Assembly (NCBI GenBank): GCA_038087875.1
Contig: CM075992.1
Span: forward strand, 9,054,001 to 9,118,000
Origin: Malacoraja senta
Lineage: Eukaryota
Direction: 5' to 3'
Length of the DNA: 64,000 bases
Part shown: one piece after another, positions 25,834 through 37,407 of the stretch
Position numbering within the stretch: the first letter of the stretch is position 1
Layout: every line of letters starts with the position of its first letter
Translations under genes and position numbers: made by a program
The notes under the pieces: model-generated
Seen by the model: only the letters and a program-made list of their open reading frames with translations
The model's database searches: none
Told to the model about the DNA's origin: nothing

Positions 25834-27697
25834 GTCAGACCCGCACCTCTGCCCCCTCTCGCTCAGTAAATTATCCTGTTAGAGTTATCCAGTGATACAG
25901 CCTGGAAACAGGCCCTTCGACCCAACTTGCCCACACCAACCAACATGTCCCATCTAGTAGAAGATAGACACAAAAAGCTGATGTAAATGAGCGGGGACAG
26001 GCAGCATTTCTGGAGGGAAGGAATGGGTGACGTTTGGGGTCGAGACCCTTCAGATGAGTCTGACGAACGCTCACGACCCAAAATGTCACCCATTCCTTCT
26101 CTCCACAGATGCTGCCTGTCCTGCTGAGTTACTCTAGCTTTTTGTGTCTATCTTCAGTATAAACCAGCATCTGCAGTTCCTTCCTACACATGTCCCACCT
26201 AGTTCCTTCTCCCTGCCTATGGCCCATATCCCTCTAAACCTGTCCTATCCATCTACCTGTCGAAAGGTTTAGTTTAGAGATACTGCGTGGAATCGGGGCC
26301 CTTCGGCCCAAAGGGTTTGCACCGACCAGCAATCCCCGCAAACTAACACTATCCTACACACACACGAGGGATAATTTACAATTTTTACCAAAGCCAATTA
26401 ACCTGCAAGCCTGCACTTCTTTGGAGTGTGGGAAGAAACTGGAGTACCCGGAGAAAACCCACGAGGTCACAGGCAGAACGTACAGACAGCACCCGTAGTC
26501 GGGATCAAACCCGGGTCTCTGGCGCTGTGAGGCAGCAACTCTACCGCTGCGCCACCATGCCATCCTAAAGAGTCATACAGTGTGGAAACAGGCCCTTTGA
26601 TTTGTCCACGCCGACCAACATGTCCCATCTACACTATTCCCACCTGCCTGCGTGTGGTCCATATCCCTCTAAACCTGTCCTATCCATGTATCTGCCTAAC
26701 TGTTTCTTAAACGTTGGGACAGTACCAGCCTCAACTACCTCCTCTGGCAGCTCGTTCCATACAACCAACATTTTGTGTGCATGTTAAAAAAAAAATCAAA
26801 GATACCCCTCGGGTTCCTATTAAATCTTTTCCCCTTCACCTTAAACTTATGTCCTCTGGTTCTTGATTTCCCTACTCTGGACAAGAGGCTCTGTACATCT
26901 ACCCGATCTATTCCTCTCATGATTTTGTACACCTCTAAGATCACCCCTCATCCTCCTGCGCTCCAAGGAATAGAGTCCTAGCCTGCTCAACCTCTCCCTA
27001 TAGCACAGGCTCTTAAGTCCTGGCAACATCCTTGCAAATCTTCTCTGCACCCTTTCCAGCTTGACGACATCTATCCCATAACATGGTACCCAAATATACT
27101 CTAGGGCAGCGGTAGAGTTGCTACCTTGAGACCCAGGTTCGATCCCGACTATGGGTGCTGTCTGTACGGAGTTTGTACGTTCTCCCCGTGACCTGCGTGG
27201 GTTTTCTCCAAGATCTTCAGTTTCCTCCTACACTCCAAAGACGTACAGGTTTGTAGATTAATTTGCTTCGGTATAAGTGTAAATTGTCCCTAGTGTGTGT
27301 AGGGTAGTGTTAGTGTGTGGGGATCGCTGGTCGGTGCGGACTCAGTGGGTTGAAGGGCCTGTTTTCGCGCTGTATCTCTAAACTAAACAAAACTCTAAAT
27401 GCAGCCCCACCAACGTCTTGTATAACTGTAACGTGACCTCCCAACTTCTATACTCAGTACTCTGACTGATGAAGGCCTATGCTCCAACAATGTGCTGGAG
27501 TAACTCAGCGCATCGGGCAGCATCTCTGGAGAAAAGGGATGGGTGACCGTTTGGTTTGGGATCCTTCTTCAGATTGAAAGTATGGGGTGGGGGAAGGTGG
27601 AGACTGGAGGTGAGTGAAGAGCAGGACCAAACGGGGCCAGCCACAAATGACCTTTTGGGCAGAGTATAGTTGGCCCGGTCCATTGCTGGCGAAAACA

Positions 27698-28540
27698 GGA
27701 AGTGGCGGCACCTAACGGCAGCGGCTCGACTGCAGTCCGTCTGTCTTTTTTTATTTTTGTCTATTTAAATGTAGTTGTTTGTGTTATTTAATATTGTTTT
27801 TAACTGTGTATATGTGGGGGGCGGGGGGGGGGAAACTTTAAAAAATCTCTTCCCTGTATGGAGGACCCGACCTTTCTCTGTCGTGTCTCCATTGTCGTTG
27901 GGGCCTAGCACCGTGGAGCGGCCTCCAACCGGAACGACCTGGGGCTCCAGTCGCGGAGCCTGTGGACTACTCACCATCGTGGAGCTGACCGAGTTCGGAG
28001 CGTGGAGAGCTGTGGTGACGCGCGGCTGTGACCCGAACCCGGAGATTCTGAGACTCCAGCCGCAGGTCTGGTGGACGGTAACATCGGGAGCTCGCGGGTC
28101 CCTGGTGGGAGACCGCATTTCGGGGCTCCCGCAACAGCAACTCTCCCGCCCGAGTTGCGGGGTTGAAGATGACCTGGAGCTGGGTCTAACATCGCCCGGC
28201 GCGGCTTTAATGGCCGCGGGACTTGCTAGCGCTACCGGGGGGCTCCAACATCCAGACCCGGAGGGCGGCCTTGCATCGCCCGGCGCGGCTTTAATGGCCG
28301 CGGGACTTATTTTCCATCGCCCGCTGGGGGCTCTGACTCTGACATCGGGAGGAGAATGGGGAGTGCAGGGGAGAGATAAGACTTTGCCTTCCATCACAGT
28401 GAGGAGGAGATTCGCTGTAAATTGTGTTGTGTCTTGGTTCTTTTTACTTGTTTGTATGACTGCAGAAACAGAATTCCGTTTGAACTTCATTTGAGGTTCA
28501 AATGACAATAAATGGTATTGTATTGTATTGTATTGTATTG
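27698..28540 (+). mobile_element. GC-rich non-autonomous retroelement, copy 3
   Basis: Conserved 5' block, internal duplication (CATCGCCCGGCGCGGCTTTAATGGCCGCGGGACTT twice), 3' stem-loop, TGACAATAAA, (TATTG)n. Confidence 0.65.
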
Positions 28541-30180
28541 AAGGTGTGAACTCAAGCGAAACTATGTGAGTGAACTATTTAACCCTTGTTTAAATTTGAT
28601 AGACTTGGGGAAAATGTATTCAACACTTTCATACAACATAAATTACTCGCTCTCTAACCGTTATAAAAACTATTTTACCTCTATATGGTGGAACGGACTT
28701 GACGACAAACAGACTTAAATTGTTGACATTCTCAGTTCAGATTCTGTCTTGCTATGTTTTTATATATATATATATATATATATTTATTTATTTTCCTTTC
28801 TTTTTTTCTTTAGTTTAGGGGGGTTTTGTTTCTTCCTTTTTTCCTCTTTTTTTGTCTTTTATCTTAGTGTTTTTTTTCTACATAGGTATTCTTTTAAATC
28901 TTTAACTATATTTACATAGAGATCGGGAGGTCTATATTCAATGTGTATTTTGACACTGGACTCATATTTTAGGTTATACCTGTTATTAATGTAACCCTGA
29001 TCCCTATGTATCAATATCATTGTTATGTTTATCATTATTCTTTTTGTTCTGTTTTTTATGTTTTGTTTTTGATTTTGGAAAAAACGAATAAAAAGATTTT
29101 AAAAGAAAAAAAAGAAAGAACAGGAACTGTGGAGCCGGTAAAACGGCTCTGGAGGAGGAAGGAGGCAAAGATGGAGGGGAGGGGAACATGAGATGAAGTT
29201 ACCTAAAATGAGAGAATTCATTGTTCATACTGCTGGGGTTTCTCAGCTACCCAAGTGCACTACGAGATGTTGTTCCTCCAATTTGCAGTGTTGATTGCAT
29301 TCAAGTACTCTCTACATGCAGAACCCAGATACCAAATGAGTTTGGAAAACTCGAGCTACTGTGTTCTAATCAACTCCAAACTGAATTTGAGAACCTAAGA
29401 CAGGACAGTATAGCACAGGACAAGCCCTTTGGCCATAATGTCCATGCTGAACATGATGCCACATTAAACAAATGTCTGTTTCTGATCCTTTCCCTGCATT
29501 TTCAAGTACCTCTCTCAAAGCTTCTTAAACACCACCATCAGGTCTGGTAGACAATAGTGCTGGAGAAACTCAGCGGGTGAGGCAGCATCTATAGAGCGAA
29601 GGGAATGGGCAACGTTTTGGGTCGAGACCCTTCTTCAGACTGCTATACCACCATCATGTCTGTGTTCACCACCACCCCTGGCAGCGTGCTGCAGACACCC
29701 ACCATCCTCTGTGTGTTTAGTTTGAGTTAGTTTGGAGACACAGTGTAGAAACAGGCCCTTCGGTTCACGGAGTCCACGCCGACCAGCGATCCCCGCACAC
29801 TGACACTATCACACACGAGGGACAATTTCCACTTATACCAAGTATACAAACCCGAGCCAATTAACCTGCAAACCTGTACATCTTTGGAGTGTGGGAGGAA
29901 ACCGAAGATCTCGGCGAAAACCCACGCGGTCACAGGGAGAATGTACAGACAGCACCCGTAGTCGGGATCGAACCCGGGTCTCTGGCGCTGCAAGTGCAAT
30001 AAGGCAGCAACTCTACCGCTGCGCCACCGTGTGTGTAAATACTTGACCCACACAACTCCTTTTAGACGTTGCCCCTCTCAAATGAGAGCTATGCCTCCTA
30101 GTCTTGGACATTTCCACCCTGGGAGGGAAAAGGTTCTGACTGTCTATCCTAGCTATGCCTCTCATAATTCTATACACTTC

Positions 30181-30683
30181 AATAGACAATAGGTGCAGGA
30201 GTAGGCCATTCGGCCCTTCGAGCCAGCGCCGCCATTCAATGTGATCATGGCTGATCATCCCCACTCAGTACCCCGTTCCTGCCTTCTCCCCATAATCCCC
30301 TGACTCCACTATCTTTAAGAGCCCTATCTAGCTCTCTCTTGAAAGTATCCAGAGAACTGGCCTCCACCACCCTCTGAGGCAGAGAATTCCACAGACTCAC
30401 AACTCTCTGTGTGAAAAAGTGTTTCCTCATCTCCGTTCTAAATGGCTTACTCCTTATTCTTAAATTGTGACCCCTAGTTCTGGACTCCCAAAACATCGGG
30501 AACATGTTTCCCGTCTCTAGCATGTCCAAACCCTTAATAATCTAATATGTTTCAATAAGATACCCTCTCATCCTTCTAAACTCCAGAGTGTACAAACCCA
30601 GCTGCTCCATTCTCTCAGCATATGACAGTCCCGCCATCCCGGGAATTAACCTTGTAAACCTACGCTGCACTCCCTCAATAGCA
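30181..30683 (-). mobile_element. CR1-clade LINE 3' fragment
   Basis: Same ORF2 C-terminus and tail as the other copies. Confidence 0.85.
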
Positions 30684-31069
30684 AAACTTCAATTGGAAGA
30701 AATGCATTTAAGCATCACAATTAATGTTGCCAAAGGTCACAAGGAAGCAGGTGTTGAGAAGCATCTTTAGAGTGGAGGAGAGGCTGAGAAGTTCCAGATG
30801 AGAGCTCAGTGGCAGCCTGACGGGATTTGGGAATATGCAAGGCTGGCATTGAGAGAATGCTGATTACTGTGGTCAAGGTGGAGAGGGCAAAGGCACAAAA
30901 GGATCAAACACACACACATAAGAATAAGACACAACTTGCTGGAGTAACTCGGGCGGGTCAGGCAGCTTCACTGGAGAACAGGTGACCGTTTGGGTCGGGA
31001 CCCTTCTGCAGATTCCACAATGTGCTGGAGAAACTCAGCGGCTTGGGCAGCATCTCTGGAGAAAAAGGT

Positions 31070-31699
31070 TAGGTCTTCATAACAAGAGGAGTTGAGTACA
31101 GGAGCAAAGAGGTCCTTCTGCAGTTGTACAGGGCCCTAGTGAGACCACACCTGGAGTATTGTGTGCAGTTTTGGTCCCCTAATTTGAAGAAGGACATTCT
31201 TGCTATTGAGGGAGTGCAGCGTAGGTTTACAAGGTTAATTCCCGGGATGGCGGGACTTGTCATATGCTGAGAGAATGGAGCAGCTGGGCTTGTACACTCT
31301 GGAGTTTAGAAGGATGGGGATCTTATTGAAACATAAGATTATTAAGTGTTTGGACACGCTAGAGGTAGGAAACATGTTCCCGATGTTGGGGGAGTCCAGA
31401 ACCAGGGGCCACAGTTTAAGAATAAGGGGTAAGCCGTTTAGAACGGAGACGAGGAAACACTTTTTCACACAGAGAGTGGTGAGTCTGTGGAAATTCTCTG
31501 ACACAGAGGGCGGTGGAGGCCGGTTCTCTGGATACTTTCAAGAGAGAGCAAGATAGGGCTCTTAAAGATAGCGGAGTCACGATATGGGGAGAAGGCAGGA
31601 ACGGGGTACTGATTGGGGATGATCAACCATGATCATATTGAATGGCGGGGCTGGCTCGAAGGGCCGAATGGCCTACTCCTGCACCTATTGTCTATTGTA
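31070..31699 (+). mobile_element. CR1-clade LINE 3' fragment
   Basis: LLQLYRALVRPHLEYCVQFWSPNLKKDIL...; several 1-nt indels; CTATTGT tail. Confidence 0.85.
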
Positions 31700-32808
31700 A
31701 CGTGTCAGGTCAGGATCGAGGTTGGTGTCTGTAGTGTCCTGACCTAAAACCTACTCCTTTTTGTCTGGAGATGCAGCCTGACCTGCTGAGTTACTCCAGC
31801 GCTTTGTGTCTCTCTTTGGTATAAACCAGTATCTGCAGGTCTTTGTTTCCACAGTAAGAATATTACATAGACATAGAAAATAGGTGCAGGAGTGGGCCAT
31901 TTGGCCCTTTGAGCCAGCACCGCCATTCATTATGACCATGGCCGATCATCCTAAATCAATACCCTGTTCCTGCTTTCACCCCATATCCCTTGATTCCATT
32001 GGCCTTAAGAGCTATATCTGAACTTTCTCTTGAAAACATCCAGTGAATTGGCCTCCACTGCCTTCTGTGGTAGAGAATTCCACAGATTCACAATTCTCTG
32101 GGTGAAATTTTTTTTCTCCTCATCTCAGTCCTAAATGGCCTACCCCTTATTCTTAAACTGTGACCCCTGGTTCTGGACTCTCCCAACATGGGAATGTTTA
32201 TCCTGCATCTAGCCTGTCCAATCCCTTAAGAATTCTCTGTTTCTATAAGATATCCTCTCATCCTTCTAAATTCCAGTGAATACAAGCCCAGTCGACCCAT
32301 TCTTTCATCATATGTCAGTCCCGCCATCCCGGGAATTAACCTGGCGAACCTACGCTGCACTCCCTCAATATTGAAGTCTAGGTGTAACTTGTCACGGGAA
32401 CTGGTCAGTCAGTGAGCGCAGGGATCATCATTCAACTGGAGGTATATATTTGCTTAAATGTCTTGCTGCCCAGAGCTTTGGAGGGAGTAATTGTGACCCT
32501 GTTCCTCAGTTCAGCTGGGGATGGGGGGGGGGGGGGGGGGGGAGCTAGTTCACCATCACTTACTCAGGTGACCTGCCATCACTCTTTACTCCCTGTATAT
32601 AGCAGACAGTAATGTGTAAACTGCCTGTTGATGTAACATTCTGCATAATTACATTCAGTGGCGCAGCGGTAGAGTTGCTGCCTCACAGCGCCAGAGACCC
32701 AGGTTTGATCCTGACCATGGGTGCTGTCCGTACGGATCTGATATACACATATATAAATGTGTACAATTTTGAAAAATTAAGATAAAGTACTGGGAACCGT
32801 CAAGCAGA

Positions 32809-33010
32809 CACACTTTCTGCCTCCTCCTCCAACCTCATCTACTGTATCCGCTGTTCCAGGTGTCAACTTCTCTACATCGGCGAGACCAAGCGCAGGCTCG
32901 GCGATCGTTTCGGCTGAACACCTCCGCTCAGTCCGTCTTAACCTACCTGATCACCCGGTTGCTCAGCACTTCAACTCCCCTCCCATTCCCAATCTGACCT
33001 TTCTGTCCTG
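32809..33010 (+). mobile_element. Penelope-like element GIY-YIG endonuclease fragment
   Basis: [29 protein letters not shown](A)EHLRSV is the PLE GIY-YIG motif. Confidence 0.8.
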
Positions 33011-33130
33011 GTAGTCTCCAGGTTCTCCGATTTCTTCCCACATTCCAAAGACACACAGGTTTGTAGGTTAATTATCTTGGTATAATAGTAAATTGTCCCT
33101 AGTGTGTGTAGAATAGTGTTAGCGTGCTGG

Positions 33131-33279
33131 TGAGGGGGGGGGGGAGAATGCAACTTCACGTGGTCCGCCCTGTTTCGACGAATGCAATCAACCTGGTGTG
33201 CACAATCAAATAAGGTCAAATAGAACAAGTTGCCTTCAACTTTAGGCTGTGCACGCCATACGCAAGAAGAAGAAGAAGA
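33131..33279 (+). mobile_element. Short SINE-like element with HDV-like ribozyme head, copy 1
   Basis: 10-bp TSD agcgtgctgg (33121-33130, 33280-33289); (GAA)n tail; 5' part homologous to the ribozyme at 37409-37462; inserted in a V-SINE. Confidence 0.8.
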
Positions 33280-33433
33280 AGCGTGCTGGGATCACTGGTC
33301 GGTGCGGACACATTGGGCCGAAGGGTCAGTTTCCGCGCTGTATCTCTAAACTAAACTAACCATTCAGTCCATATTCAAACATGCTCCTTGTTGGATGACT
33401 ATATGTAATAATTGACTCTTTTTCTCTCCTCAG

Positions 33434-33497
33434 TGTTTCACCGTGACATTTCTACAGGAGATGGGAGAGTTGGGAGTACTGGGATCCACAATTAAAG
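33434..33497 (+). CDS. GCDH: GCDH coding exon 4 (apparent +1 T at 33449-33451)
   Basis: VFHRDI[+T]LQEMGELGVLGSTIK; 64 nt where the frame requires 63. Confidence 0.9.
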
Positions 33498-33810
33498 GTA
33501 GTGCATGTTCACAGCCTGCTTTATCCACTCAGTGACCAAGACACCTGATCTCCCGGTGGCTCAGCACTTCAACTCCCCCTCCCATTCCCAATCCGACCTT
33601 TCTGTCCTGGGCCTCCTCCTTGGCCAGAGTGAGGCCCAGTGCAAATTGGAGGAGCAGCATCTCATATTTCGCTTGGGTAGTTTACACCCCAGCAGTATGA
33701 ACTTTGACTTCTCCAATTTCAGGTAGTCCTGGCTTTCTCCCTCTTACCCCTCCCTTTTCCCAGCTCTCCGCCTCTTCCTTTCTTTTTCCCACCACCCCCC
33801 CGACATCATT

Positions 33811-33838
33811 CTGAAGAAGGGTCTCGACCCGAAACGTC
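33811..33838 (+). ncRNA. Minimal hammerhead ribozyme motif in a Penelope-like 3' region (representative copy)
   Basis: CTGAAGA-A-GGGTC TC GACCC-GAAAC-GTC, downstream of a GIY-YIG C-terminal fragment (about 33530-33726). Confidence 0.65.
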
Positions 33839-34337
33839 GCCTATTCATTCTCTCCATAGATACTGCCTCACCCGCTGAGTTCCTCACCCGCTGAGTTTTT
33901 GTCTGCCTCTGATTTTTCCAGCATCGGCGCTTCTTTCTTAAACAAGATAAGAGATCTAACGTTTGAATCATTGAAGAACCTATAATGGGAGTTCATGCCT
34001 TTTTTAAAGTGGGTAATAAAGAGAGGGTTACACACTCGGTTTACACCCCAGTCATACCTTTTCCCCCCTCCCCCCCTTACCCTCTCCCATGGGAGGAAAA
34101 TTTGAAGCAAGCACCACCAGATTCAGGAACAGCTTCTTCCCCACTGGTATCTGACTAGTGAACGGTTCTCCCATAAGCTTGGGTTCAAAGGTTCTTTATT
34201 ACCACGTATGCACAGCATGTTGAAATTCTTTTGCACAACCCACAAATGCACAGTCGGCATATTTTGCTGCCATTTACAACAAATAAAATAAGTGCAAAGA
34301 TGGGTCTACATGTTTGAAGTACTGGAGTGATATGTTC

Positions 34338-34725
34338 TTAGGCCCTCTTCGGTCATGGCTGACCGTGGGTGTCTCCAGGGTAGGACTTTGTTTAACGTGG
34401 GCAGACTGGTTCACAGACAGCCACCCCACGGTCCTTGACAGATCTGGGTCAGGATCCAGTGGCATGGAGTCCAAGACGACCGGAGACCCTTTTCTGCTGC
34501 AGCCTTCATCCGCCTTCCCAGCCGTTGTGACGCTCCACTAAGGTCAGCCATCATCCTCCGCCTGTTCCACCGTTGAGGTCTTGGTTGGATTGCTCTTTGT
34601 CAGAGACCTCCCCCTCGACCTTACCGCCATGGGTGGCCCTACCAGGAGCATAGCTCCAGACGGCATCGCTCTCAGGATCTCAGGTCCACACAAGCTTCTC
34701 CACCACGACATGGTGACAATCCACG
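34338..34725 (-). mobile_element. RTE-type non-autonomous retroelement
   Basis: 9-bp TSD gatatgttc; 5' end GGATTGTCACCATGTCGTGGTGGAGAAG...AGGGCCACCC resembles RTE/BovB 5' UTRs; 3' end GAAGAGGGCCTAA. Confidence 0.65.
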
Positions 34726-36789
34726 GATATGTTCAGCCTCAGAATAAAAGGACGTACCTTTAGAATGGAGATGAGGATGAATTTCTTTTCAGAGGGTGGT
34801 GATCCTGTGGAATTCATTGTCACAGATGGCGGTGGAGGCCAAGTCATTTTAAAGCAATATAGATAAGCCCCAGGCTGCTGCAGGCCCGCGAACCGATGTC
34901 CCTCTCCTCGCTCGACCGACCAACCGCCTCTCGTGGGCACCTCCTGCAGCTGACCTTGAAGGCGCTGGAGGCATTACTCCTGTCTCTCTCTTAAAGGCCC
35001 ACTCCTTGCGTTCATAGTCGCCAGCAGCTCCCTCGTCCTCGACTCTCCCCGGTCTTCTGAGCTTCCCCTGCAGGCAGCAGTCCACCTGGCCCAATCTCCC
35101 AACCAACCTCATTACAGCCCTTGCACTTTTTAGATCTGCACTTTCCTTCTGTAACAGTAACACTATTATGCTGTTACACTAAATTCTGTATTCTTGGTGT
35201 TTTTCTCTTTGTATTGCCTGTTGTACTTGTGTCTGCTTAATTGTACTCGTGTATAGTCTGATCTGATTGAATAACGCGGAGAAAAGGTTTTCACAGTATC
35301 CCTGTTCATGTGGTAATTCTAAACCAGTTCCTTATTTGAAGTTGGTGTGAGCTCTGGTCTTGCCCAATTAAGTGATGGAATCGATAGATAGAGTGGGCCG
35401 AATGAATGTGAAAAGGATAAGGTCATGAGAGATATGAGTAAAATTAGGCCATTCGGCCCATCAAGTCGATTCCGACATTCAATCATGGCTGATCTGTCTC
35501 TCCCTCCTAACCCCATTCTCCTGCCTTCTCCCCATAACTTCGGCCACCTGTAATAATATAAGGTCATAAGTGATAGGAGTAGAATTAGGCCATTCGGCCT
35601 ATCAAGTTCATGTTTCCACTAGTGGGAGAGTCTAGGACCAGAGAGGAACTGCCTCAGAATAAAAGGACATTCCTTTAGAATGGAGATGAGGAGGCATTTT
35701 GTAAGCCAGACGTTGGTGAATCTATGAAATTAATTGCCACAGATGGCAGTGGAGGCCAGGTTATTGGGTAAGGCGGAGATTGATAGGTTTAGCGTTTAGA
35801 GATACAGCGCAGAAACAGGCCCTTTGGTTTGCCGAGTCCACACTGACCAGTGGTCGCTGTACACAAACACCATCCGACACACAATCGGGCCAATTTACAA
35901 TCCTTACCGAAGTTCCGTGCAGACAGCACCCGAGTTCAGGATGGTACCTGGGTCTCTGGTGCTGTAATAGCTACTGTCCACACTCTACCACTGTTCAACC
36001 CAAAATCCTGGTACAAGTACCCATACAGCAAACTAACCTAAATTACAATTATAAATTCTTGTAGATTCTTAATTAGCCAGGGTGTCAAAGGTACGAGGAG
36101 AAGGCAGGAGAATGTGGGGGCAGCGGTAGAGTTGCTGCCTTACAGCGCTTGCAGCGCCAGAGACCCGAGTTTCGATCCTGACTACGGGTGCTGTCTGTAC
36201 GAAGTTTGTACGTTCTCCCCGTGACCTGCGTGGGTTTTCTCCGAGATCTTCAGTTTCCTCCCACACTCCAAAGACGTCCAGATTTTGTAGGTTAATTGGC
36301 TTGGTGTAAATGTCAAAATTGTCCCCAGTGGGTGTTAATGTGCCCGGTGGGCCGAAGGGCCTGTTTCCGTGCTGTATCTCTAAACTAAACTAATGGGGTG
36401 AAAAGGAAAATCAGAGCAGCAATGATCAAATGGCAGGGCGGACCTGATGGGCCGAATGGCCTAACTCTGCTCCTATGTACTGTGGAAGTGAGTGCCTCAG
36501 GATGGATTCTTGGGGAGGGATGAGAGGCAGGTATATATATCACCACTTCTTTTCTTTCTTTCTCTTTTTGTCCTTTTATTTTTTTATTTTTTTCTATTCC
36601 TCTCTTCTTTCTTTCATTTATTCACTCTTCGGCAACACTACTTTGGTAGTCTAGGGTTCTATCTCTGCACATCTCACTTTTTCTCTTTCTTGCTTTTTCT
36701 CCTTTCTTTTCTTCCAACTATAGCTAAAAGTTAAAAGTGAAGCTGTCCAATAACTATTATTTTATATAAAAGGATGGATTGTGTTGCAG

Positions 36790-36961
36790 GTTATGGATGT
36801 GCGGGGACCTCGTACGTGTCCTACGGCCTGATTGCCCCGCGAGGTGGAGCGTGTGGACAGCAGCTACCGATCCGTCATGAGCGTCCAGTCCTCCCTCGTC
36901 ATGCACCCGATCTCCGCCTACGGCACCGAAGCGCAGAAGCAGCGGTTCCTTCCAAAGCTAG
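36790..36961 (+). CDS. GCDH: GCDH coding exon 5 (apparent +1 C at 36835-36838)
   Basis: [16 protein letters not shown][+C][41 protein letters not shown]; 172 nt where the frame requires 171. Confidence 0.9.
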
Positions 36962-37407
36962 GTGGGTCACTCTCCCAGCCGTGCTCCACCCACCAGCTCC
37001 CGTTTACTTATACATCGGCGAGACCAAACGTAGACTGGCCGATCGTTTCGCTCAACACCTTCGCTCAGTCCGCCTGCACCTACCTGATCTCCCGGGTCAG
37101 TTGCCACACACTGTAATTCTCCTTCCCATTCCCACACTGACCTTTCTGTCCTAGGCCTCCTCCATTGTCAGAGTGAGACTAAACGCATCTGGAGGAACAG
37201 CATCTCATATTTCGCTTGGGCAGCTTCCAGCCCAGTGGTATGAATATTGATTTCTCTCACTTCAAGTAACCCCTGCATTCCCTCTCTCTCCATCCCTCCC
37301 CCACCCAAGTCACACCAGCTTCTCGTTCTCACCTAGCACACAGCTAACAATGGCCTGTGTCCTTTATTGTTACTTTTTCGCATATCTTTCATTTGTTCTA
37401 TATCTCT

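Noticed and set aside
27765..28508. Overlapping 247-aa and 239-aa ORFs on opposite strands
   Set aside because: They lie in a GC-rich repeat depleted of stop codons, show no domain, and the frames are not kept in sibling copies.
28550..29115. L1/Tx1-like 3' end (TWGKCIQHFHTT*, T-rich UTR, A-rich tail)
   Set aside because: Plausible but too degenerate to support as a feature without a database search.
33449..36838. Programmed frameshifting or editing to restore GCDH
   Set aside because: No slippery-site or structural signal; homopolymer sequencing error is far simpler.
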